From an uncultured Chlamydiae bacterium (GTDB lineage: Bacteria > Chlamydiota > Chlamydiia > Chlamydiales > Parachlamydiaceae), in contig CAWHMU010000041.1 of the NCBI GenBank assembly GCA_963830365.1, positions 43,335-107,334 on the forward strand: a stretch of DNA of 64,000 bases, read 5' to 3'. The stretch's first letter is position 1. Every line of letters begins with the position of its first letter. The translations under genes and the position numbers were made by a program. The notes under the pieces are model-generated. The model saw only the letters and a program-made list of their open reading frames with translations. It was not told the DNA's origin and did not search any database. Of this stretch, positions 11,733 to 19,659 are shown in pieces.

Positions 11733-12618
11733 AAAACTGCGTGATATTTTCTATTTCTTAATCATGAGGCAGGCAGGACTGAGCTCTTAAATGAGCTTGA
11801 GACGCCGAGTTTATATTTCATCCAGTTCCAAACAAAGCGGGCGGTATGAAGTTTTTCTTGAGACTCAAACTCTTTCGACGACATTCTGTATTTTTTGCCT
11901 CGCAATAGATATTGGATGGCACGGTGACCCGTTTCGGTAACCCATTCTGTCGTCGGCACGGGAGCTTGGTAAGCTTTAACACGTTCACCGATGACAGCCA
12001 AGTTGCTGTACTTCGTATCAGGAAACACAAGAAAGTTTCTTTCTTCTCCTGGGAGAAAACGCACTATTGGTGCAGAATCTCGACTTCCGTATTGCCGAGC
12101 GCGCGAATCGACTGTCGCCGTGTATTTTGCGGGAAAGCCTTCCACAATATCCCAAACCCCAAGTCTTCTCAGAACTTCCTCAGTCAGCTCCTCTTCGCTA
12201 CAATCTGTCCCAGGACGTTTTACATGTAAGCCTAATTTGCTCAAATCATTCATCGCAATATAAAAGAGGCGAGATCCTTTTGGCTGGGCTTTGTAATAGG
12301 ATGACCCGAGAGAAATAAGCGTAATTTGCCAAGGATGCTTGGTGTCTATATGAATAAAATCTCTTTCTGAAAGACCCGGGAATTTGCTTTCTATTTGAGA
12401 TGCCAGGTCGTCATCAACACGCAACCATACCGAGCTATGGGGTTGCTTAATGCTATTTGAAAAAGGTGTGTCCGGAGAAATCGGAGCTGTGCTCTTATCA
12501 TCGTAAATTAAGGCCTTCTCAGGAACTAAGCCTTTATTTACGTTTGCCCCAAGAGTGATTATAATGGTCCCGGAAATTTGGACAATGGTCTAAGCTAATA
12601 CCCTCTTTAAGAAAAGAG

Positions 12619-12918
12619 GTGAAAATGAGCCGAACAAGAAAAAAATATCCCCCAGAATTTAAAGTCAAAGCCGTGCTTGAGATTTTGAAGGGAGAAAAGA
12701 CTGCAAGTCAATTATCCGGTGAACTGGGAGTGCATCCTATCGTGTTGTCGGAGTGGAAAAAACACTTTTTATCAACTGCCACAACTGTATTTGAAAAACC
12801 GAGCAAGATGACTGGGACAGCACAGGAAGTTAAAGAAAAGGCAGAACTTTTCGAGCAAATCGGACGTCTTAAAATGGAGGTGGAGTGGCTTAAAAAAAAG
12901 TTAGGATGTTTGACTTAA
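12619..12918 (+). CDS. IS3 OrfA (HTH), with an A8G -1 frameshift motif at 12892-12900
   Basis: RKKYPPEFKVKAVLE HTH_Tnp_1-like start; ends WLKKK. Confidence 0.92.
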   Translation: MKMSRTRKKYPPEFKVKAVLEILKGEKTASQLSGELGVHPIVLSEWKKHFLSTATTVFEKPSKMTGTAQEVKEKAELFEQIGRLKMEVEWLKKKLGCLT

Positions 12919-13748
12919 ATTCTCGACGACTTCTAATAGAGCCAGATCATAAGAAGTTGTCGCTATCAAGTCAGTGTCATTTGCTTGGAATGTCACGATC
13001 TGGGTTGTATTATAAGGCCAAACAGCCCAACGAGGAAGATTTGGCACTCATGCGGGCTATTGATGAACAATATCTTCAAACTCCCTTCTATGGAAGAAGA
13101 CGGATGACGATAGCAATGAGAGCTCAAGGTTTTTTTGTAGGAGGAAAAAGGATTCGAACGGCGATGCAGACAATGGGTTTAGAAGCAATCTATCCCAAGC
13201 CCAATCTGAGTGCGGCAAATAAGGAGCATAAAAAGTTTCCTTACCTACTAAGAGGGATTGTAGTAGATAAACCCGATTTGGCATGGGCTGCAGATATCAC
13301 CTACGTTCCTTTGTTGAAAGGATTTGGATACCTTTTTGCGATCATCGATTGGTTTAGCAGGTATGTGATCGAATGGGAACTTTCGAATCTGCTGGATGCG
13401 GAATTTTGCATTAATGCATTAGAAAGAGGGCTTTCTCGAGCTAGTCCTGAGATATTCAACACAGACCAAGGAGTTCAATTCACCTGCTGTTGGTTTGTAG
13501 AGAGATTAGAAGCAGGCGGAGTCAGAATCAGTATGGATGGAAAAGGCAGAGCCCTTGATAATGTGTTTATTGAAAGGCTCTGGAGAAGCGTGAAGTATGA
13601 AGAGATTTATCCAAAAGGGTATGAAAGCTTAAAAGATGTCCGTAATGGACTTAAGAGTTATTTTAAGTTTTACAACGAGAGCAGGCCACACCAAGGACTG
13701 GGTTATAAAACGCCTGCGGAGGTGTATTTTTCTAGGCAGAGCCTTTAG
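12906..13748 (+). CDS. IS3 OrfB (DDE integrase-like)
   Basis: WAADITY, FNTDQGVQF, DNVFIERLWRSVKYE. Confidence 0.95.
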   Translation: MFDLNSRRLLIEPDHKKLSLSSQCHLLGMSRSGLYYKAKQPNEEDLALMRAIDEQYLQTPFYGRRRMTIAMRAQGFFVGGKRIRTAMQTMGLEAIYPKPNLSAANKEHKKFPYLLRGIVVDKPDLAWAADITYVPLLKGFGYLFAIIDWFSRYVIEWELSNLLDAEFCINALERGLSRASPEIFNTDQGVQFTCCWFVERLEAGGVRISMDGKGRALDNVFIERLWRSVKYEEIYPKGYESLKDVRNGLKSYFKFYNESRPHQGLGYKTPAEVYFSRQSL

Positions 13749-14865
13749 GAAAAGGGGGCAAGCCCCCTTACCCCCCTTCCGCCTTCGTTGGACTTGGATT
13801 ACCTTGATTTTTAAAGGAACTTGAGGGGGCAAGCCCCCTCAAACTCCCCCTTTAGCTGCAAGAACAACAAAAACTTGAGGTTATTAGCTTAACTTTTCCC
13901 ATTTTTTGTCTAGACAAAGGGGACCACTTTAGATGATGACTTTTGCATTCGGCGTTAATTGCGCGCCATCAATAGCAACAACGCGCTGGTTTTCAACAGC
14001 AAGCTGTCGTACTGTTCTTCTCTTTTCAATGTGCACGCCTTCTTTTTGTAAATAGCTGACAATTGGTTCGACTATTGATTCATAGTCACATGAAGCAGAT
14101 CTTAGCACCCAGTTATGTGGAGCAGTGCCATGTGTATGTGTCATATATCGCTTTAGTGAAAGAGCTGAGTGATGGTCGAAAAGACCTGTGAGGTGGAAAA
14201 AGTATCTAAAAATGGGGGTTTCGGTCATTCCTGGTGGGAAAAGATCTCGAATGGCCATGTTTTCCAATTCTTCATCATTTTTACTTGCGATGGCCAAAAA
14301 GGCTGTCCGCATTTCAGCGGGGACCGTTTGTCTAGGTTGAGCGTGATTTCGACCAATCAGATGGTCTGTATTCCATATTCCAGCTTGCCTCCATGCCTTC
14401 TCTGTATAGTGATAGGAAGGTTCATCGAAAGTGCGAACAGTATGTGCAAAAAAAGATTTTCCTTTATTAGCAACATGTCGGTAAAAAATTCCTCCGCATT
14501 CTTCATTTTCTTCCAAAAGAGTAATGTTTCGTGCCGGCACTCCTTCTTGTAGTAATAAAAGTGTTGTATTAAGACCCGCGATGCCTCCCCCAATAACATA
14601 AAAAGGGCTATTTAAGATTTCTTGTGCTACAGAATCTGTTTTCTTTGTCGTCCCGCAACAGTGCTTAATCCACGCAACAGACCGGCCTATCAATTTTCCG
14701 ATCGAATCATTAACTAATGCCAAGGCGAGCGAAAGCATGCAGCCAAGAGTGTTAAAAAAAACTTTTGTGCTATTAATGAAAGATGATTGATTAGGCATAG
14801 ATTCCACTCTTTTAGATTAAAATAAATTATAAGCTATGGTAGCAACTGCTCATAAAGTTGAGGTA

Positions 14866-15094
14866 TACCATGCGCGGTTAGGTTGCTTTGACGAGACTAT
14901 CGCGCCTTTGCTTCGATGATTGTAGTAAAAAAGTGTTAAGAGTGTATAAAGTTGTTGTCGAAATTTTAAATTATTGCATAACCATGTTGAAGGTACTACG
15001 GAACGACCAACAGGATTGGGGTCAGGCAGGCATTCGGTTATTCGCCATTCAAACACATACCGGCATACCAAGTCTGACCCTATTATCTGACCCC
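14866..15094. repeat. Repeat remnants: half of family C (TACCATGCGCGGTTAGGTTG) plus a family E pair (GGGGTCAGGC...GTCTGACCCC)
   Basis: Matches to 40736-40757 and 31453-31518. Confidence 0.6.
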
Positions 15095-15263
15095 GATACT
15101 GACGCCATTTTAATTTTGTCGATAATGTTTATTTCATTATGTTGAGGTTTCGCAGATCTGTTTTTATGGCGGTTAATTCTGCCGGAAAATCGTTTTTTTT
15201 CTGACATGACTTGACGGATTTCTCATGAGCAACTGCTATTTCTAGTCTTAGAATAGGGGGTGG

Positions 15264-16559
15264 GTGGGTATGTCGATTCCAAATGTTCCTTGTTCAGGCT
15301 TTTCTGAGGTCCATATAGACCAACAATCCTGCGTTTTGCAGGAGGTCGTCGCACCACAACCTAAACTTGCCGAAAGGGTAGATTTGTTTAGCAGGTCGAT
15401 ATTTCGATATATGGGTGCTGCTGGCTCAAGGGGCAGCAAGCCCATTAATTATGCTGTCACCAAATTCCAGGAAGGAAGAAATCTTCTGGAAAGTACAAAT
15501 AGATGTTTGCGCATACAAGGTATGTTCATAATGACCATGGCGGCGATGATTTGTGTTCCATGTGCCTTTCTTTCGCTTCCCGGTATTACGCTTAAGGCGC
15601 TTAGCGCTTTATTTAGAAATAATTTCGCCTATTCACCCGCCCTTGAATCAAGCGTTAGGCTATCATCAGGTGAAGCGTTGAATGTCATGACGTGGAACGT
15701 CGGACTCGGTCCGGCCTTTATGTCGGCCACAAACGGATTAGCACACCCAAAAGAGCGCATCGGTGCGATTGTAGAAAAAATCGTAGAGCAAGAGGCTGAC
15801 ATTGTGTCTTTGCAAGAAGTTTTTGATCATGAGGGAACGCAAGAATTGGTCAAACAACTAAATGAAAAGGGTTATAACTGTGTGCATTCTATATTGACAG
15901 GCGGGGTGACGACGCTCTCTAGCGGGTTGTTTTTTGCTATTAAGCGTACTAAGGATGATGATTTGACAATTAAAGATGTCAAAACGTGGAAATTTACCAA
16001 CGGCGTAGATTCTGATTGGCTTTCCAATAAGGGGTTGCTCGGATTGAAACTTAAAGTAAAAAGGCATGGTGCGAAAAAAAACATGTATGTTTTTAACACT
16101 CATCTGCAAGCAAGCTATGGCAAGGATGGGTATAGCCATGTGCGGAAAGCACAGATGGCAGGCATAATAAAGCGCATTCAAGAATGGACGGTGAATCACA
16201 CAGAAAATGTCCTTTTATCCGGCGACTTAAATTTTGGCGCCGCAAAAGTCGAGGTGGGCGATGATGATGCAGAGTATGACGAGCAAATGAAAACCTTGCA
16301 AGCCGTTAACTTGACGGACGATAATGAGACAGTGCAGCATGAAACCCTTCAAGCTAAGAGCAAGCCGCAAGGCTCTTTCATGCATATCAAAAAGAAAGAT
16401 CCCTCCGGCAGGCGATCCAGGGCGATCATTGACTATGTCATTCGCGGAAATGGATTTGCACAAACCCAACCACAGATCATTGACATTAGCCAGGAGGAGC
16501 CTCCCTGTTCCGACCACTCTCTTGTTGTCGCACAGGTTTCTTTCATTAGCTTAGTATAA
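15264..16559 (+). CDS. EEP-superfamily (sphingomyelinase C-like) phosphodiesterase with a hydrophobic N-terminal extension
   Basis: MTWNV, LQEVFD, SSGL, NKG, NTHLQA, GDLN, IDY, SDH motifs. Confidence 0.85.
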   Translation: MGMSIPNVPCSGFSEVHIDQQSCVLQEVVAPQPKLAERVDLFSRSIFRYMGAAGSRGSKPINYAVTKFQEGRNLLESTNRCLRIQGMFIMTMAAMICVPCAFLSLPGITLKALSALFRNNFAYSPALESSVRLSSGEALNVMTWNVGLGPAFMSATNGLAHPKERIGAIVEKIVEQEADIVSLQEVFDHEGTQELVKQLNEKGYNCVHSILTGGVTTLSSGLFFAIKRTKDDDLTIKDVKTWKFTNGVDSDWLSNKGLLGLKLKVKRHGAKKNMYVFNTHLQASYGKDGYSHVRKAQMAGIIKRIQEWTVNHTENVLLSGDLNFGAAKVEVGDDDAEYDEQMKTLQAVNLTDDNETVQHETLQAKSKPQGSFMHIKKKDPSGRRSRAIIDYVIRGNGFAQTQPQIIDISQEEPPCSDHSLVVAQVSFISLV

Positions 16560-16658
16560 AATGGGTCTGAGAAGGCACGGCCTTAACCTGTCTTGGCGAT
16601 GGTCATTCGCTTTGATAGGTTAGCTGATTATTGCTAACTATGAAATTTTCACTGGCGC

Positions 16659-17168
16659 ATGGTAAAACTGGAAATAAAAAGACTGCCCAGCGATGCTGGG
16701 CAGTCTTTATATTTAATTGCAGGCGTGCCGATGATGATAAATGTCAGGGATTATCAATATTTTGGTGGCGAGCATCCCGCCATAGCGATAGCAAGGGTCA
16801 CAAGTTATGGCTTATTAAGAATGGCTTCTACGGCAGCATCTGTAGGCTTTATGGTGAAAGAAGTCTGCTTCTTCGCCGCCCTAGGCAGTTTTTTTGCTAA
16901 AATGTATGCCTCATTTAATGAGCTTTACCAGTGCGCCGAGAATGGGCAGGCAAGCGCTAATGAATTGCTGCCTTTTCTTCCATTGAGAAAAGAGCGGCGT
17001 ATTCAAATTCGTCATCAAGAGACGCATCAGCGTGCTAAATGCTACGAACTGATGAAAAGTGTCAGGCAGCTTACAAACGCTGTAATCGATGGTTTTGCAG
17101 TAACCATTTCATATCATAATATTCAAATACTTACCGATTATTTAGCAAACGGGCTATATGAAGAATAG
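16659..17168 (+). CDS. Hypothetical protein
   Basis: 169-aa ORF with a central hydrophobic stretch; no recognisable motif. Confidence 0.4.
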   Translation: MVKLEIKRLPSDAGQSLYLIAGVPMMINVRDYQYFGGEHPAIAIARVTSYGLLRMASTAASVGFMVKEVCFFAALGSFFAKMYASFNELYQCAENGQASANELLPFLPLRKERRIQIRHQETHQRAKCYELMKSVRQLTNAVIDGFAVTISYHNIQILTDYLANGLYEE

Positions 17169-17646
17169 ACCGTGATATAAAAGCATATTTACAAGCAATC
17201 TAAGGCGTACTTCCTGCCCTTGTCGTTACCCACAACTATCAATCGAATATTTTAAGTCGTTTTTTGGGCCATCCTCGCCTATTCGGTCAAGAAAGCAAAA
17301 AGAGAGGAACTCCTACGGAGTTAAATGCAATTATTCATTTTCCCATAGTTGCGGCTGTCTTCGCTTTCGCTCGCGAGCCTTAACTACGGGCTACAAAGAG
17401 ATCAATCTGCAAGACCTCAAAAGAACTCATGGGCTATGTATCAGCAGAGAAGGTAGATTAATAAACCTTATTGTGAATATATTTCAAAGTTTTTTTGTTG
17501 GCGGAGCTTATCTCTTTGTAGCGCCCAAGCGGTTTACCGCTGATATCTGAAAAGTAACGGTGTCATTAGATGCCATCTTCAGAAAAAAGAACGATCTCTT
17601 ATAAACTTTCTTTTTACCAAAACAAAAGCTAATAAGGAGATCGTTC

Positions 17647-19044
17647 ATGTCTAATAGTAGCAATTCCAATCATTTCAAAAAACAACAACATAAAAACAAA
17701 CTTGGATACATCGATCCTACTGTTGCTGGCATCGATATAGGAGATAAGGGAATCCATATAGCTATTCCCGATGGTAAAGGTGGTTCTTACGTGAGGGAAT
17801 TTGGTACAACGACACCTGAACTCCGTGAAATAGTCAAAGTTCTTAAAGAGGCTAATGTGGAAATTGGTGTTATGGAAGCTACGGGTGTTTATTGGATTCC
17901 CCTGTATGAAATTATGGAAGAATCAGGCTTAAAACCAGTCTTGGTCGATGCTAAAAATGTCAAAAATCCACCTGGCAGAAAAACTGATGTGGTGGATGCT
18001 CAGTGGATTCAAACATTATATTCTAGTGGTCTATTAAGAGCTGCTTATCGCCCACCACGCGATCGCTTAAAATTGCGGGCATATGTAAGGCAGCGCATGA
18101 ATGTCATCAAAACAAAGCAATATGCACTTCTGCATATGGAAAAAGCCTTGCAGTTAATGAATATCAAGCTGAGCACCGCTGTAAGCGATATAGCGGGAGT
18201 CTCCGGATTAAATATAACACGAGCAATAGCAGCCGGTGAAAGAGATCCATATAAGTTAGCTGCAATGAGGAATAAGCTTTGCAAAAAGGAAGAGAGCCTA
18301 TTTGTAGCAGCCCTGACAGGGAATTATCAAGAAGAACATATTTTTTCGCTAAAGCAAGCCCTAGATCAATACGATTTTGCACATAAACAGCTGGACGAGT
18401 GTGACGAGTGCATTCAGAAGGAGCTTGAGCGATTTCCAGATGTAGTCAATACGCCTCCACCAAAGAACCATAAAGATATAAAAAAGCGTCCTCAGTTTTC
18501 TAAATTCAAAAAACCTAAGAAAAATGATCTTTGTTTTGATGTCAGAGCCATTCTCTGGAGAAAAACAGGAATAGACCTGACAGCGCTGCCAGGCATAGCA
18601 GATAGTACTGCACTACTCATTTATTCAGAACTTGGAGGGACTGACGTAAGCGCCTGGAATAGCGAAAAAGCATTTTCGTCCTGGCTAAAACTGTCCCCCG
18701 GCAATAATGTTTCAGGAGGTAAACGACGTAAAAGCAAAAGGCAAAAACCAAGTGCCAATTATATTTCACAGGCTTTAAGAATGTCTGCAGTGGCAGCTAA
18801 AAAATCAGATGCTGCATTAGGAGCACATATCAGGCGCATATGCGGCCGAACGGACAACTCTAAAGGGATTAAGGCCGGCGCGCATAAGCTAGCGACTATG
18901 GTATATCACATGTGTAAGGAAGGCTGGCAATATTATGAAAAAGGAGCAGAATATAATGAAAAAATGCATGCAATGAAAAGCCTGATCGGATTGCACAAAA
19001 AAGCTGAAAAATTAGGTTATAAACTAGTTGCCGTAACAGCGTAA
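17647..19044 (+). CDS. IS110-family recombinase/transposase
   Basis: RuvC-like DEDD (GIDIG, MEATGVYW, KTDVVDA) plus C-terminal Tnp domain with LSPGNNVSGG serine motif; intact 465 aa. Confidence 0.96.
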   Translation: MSNSSNSNHFKKQQHKNKLGYIDPTVAGIDIGDKGIHIAIPDGKGGSYVREFGTTTPELREIVKVLKEANVEIGVMEATGVYWIPLYEIMEESGLKPVLVDAKNVKNPPGRKTDVVDAQWIQTLYSSGLLRAAYRPPRDRLKLRAYVRQRMNVIKTKQYALLHMEKALQLMNIKLSTAVSDIAGVSGLNITRAIAAGERDPYKLAAMRNKLCKKEESLFVAALTGNYQEEHIFSLKQALDQYDFAHKQLDECDECIQKELERFPDVVNTPPPKNHKDIKKRPQFSKFKKPKKNDLCFDVRAILWRKTGIDLTALPGIADSTALLIYSELGGTDVSAWNSEKAFSSWLKLSPGNNVSGGKRRKSKRQKPSANYISQALRMSAVAAKKSDAALGAHIRRICGRTDNSKGIKAGAHKLATMVYHMCKEGWQYYEKGAEYNEKMHAMKSLIGLHKKAEKLGYKLVAVTA

Positions 19045-19094
19045 AGAAGACAAGAAAAGCAAGACCGGTTGAATAGCAGTAATCAAAAATTCGT

Positions 19095-19215
19095 GGAAAA
19101 AATTGACCCATCGAGCACTGGTGCTAAGTGCCCGTTTTGTAGCTTGGTCGGAAAGAATCGCGATAATATCATTGGGAAGCATAGCTATCCCGTTCGGAAG
19201 ATCGCCTGGCATTAT
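19095..19215 (+). ncRNA. Candidate IS110 bridge/seek RNA core (target-binding and donor-binding loops)
   Basis: TTTGTAGC (19136-19143) equals left target plus core; TCGGAAG (19194-19200) equals the element right end; both follow CCCGT and lie in predicted internal loops; RNA ends and strand are inferred. Confidence 0.7.
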
Positions 19216-19659
19216 GTTCTTTCCTCCGCCTTTTTAATGATTAATGCTCTTCGACTCCAAAAGCAGGGGAAATGATGAAAGATCCGCCAATAACGCCGGC
19301 ATAAGTTTCGTAAGCATTCAACCTATTGTTACTCGGAAGCCCGTGGCTAAGGCGTGCGAGCGAAAGCGAAGACAGCTGCAGCTACGGGAAAACGCATATT
19401 CTTGTTTAACTCCGTAGGAGTTCCTCTCTTTATTACTTTAGTGATCGAATATTTTCCCTACGAAGATGCCAATGGAAAAAAAATGACTTAAAATATTCGA
19501 TTGATAGTTGTGGGTAACGACAAGCTTGCTGCCCGGACGGCATAATTCCCCACAAAACGTAACCGCATATCAGCTGTTTTACGGTTTCATTCTCCTCTAT
19601 TGAGGGATAAATCCATCTTAGGCTAATATTTTGCCATAAACAGCATAAAGGCAAAACAA

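Larger units (their letters stand above)
12560..13931 (+). mobile_element. IS3-family element, copy 1 (1372 bp, flanked by GAT on both sides)
   Basis: Imperfect TIRs TATAATGGTCCC / GGGGACCACTTTA; orfA+orfB; boundaries defined by comparison with the second copy. Confidence 0.95.
11762..14807 (-). pseudogene. Oleate hydratase / myosin-cross-reactive antigen-like FAD enzyme interrupted by IS3 (~556 aa when rejoined)
   Basis: YVIGGGIAGL...ITLLEE...GG FAD motif, HSALSLKRY, YESIVEPIVSYL; removing the IS and one GAT copy restores ...AKVIITLGAN... in frame with ORF 11762-12424. Confidence 0.8.
17523..19340 (+). mobile_element. IS110-family element (~1818 bp) with AGC core at both junctions
   Basis: Junctions CTTTGT-AGC-GCCCAAG and CTCGGA-AGC-CCGTGG versus the empty site CTTTGT-AGC-CCGTGG at 50315-50329. 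Confidence 0.93.
17219..19524 (+). mobile_element. Family A MITE-like element interrupted by IS110 (host parts 17219-17522 and 19341-19524)
   Basis: The two halves rejoined are collinear with the intact copy 50022-50505; ends CTTGTCGTTACC / GGTAACGACAAG; flanks CTTCCTGCC / CTTGCTGCC (imperfect 9-bp direct repeat). Confidence 0.92.

Noticed and set aside
19069..19275. 68-aa ORF in the IS110 3' end as an accessory protein
   Set aside because: No RBS or motif; overlaps the segment better explained as a guide RNA
19320..19340. Sigma70 promoter formed at the IS110 circle junction
   Set aside because: A TTGTTA -35-like hexamer exists but no -10 box falls at 16-18 bp in the reconstructed junction
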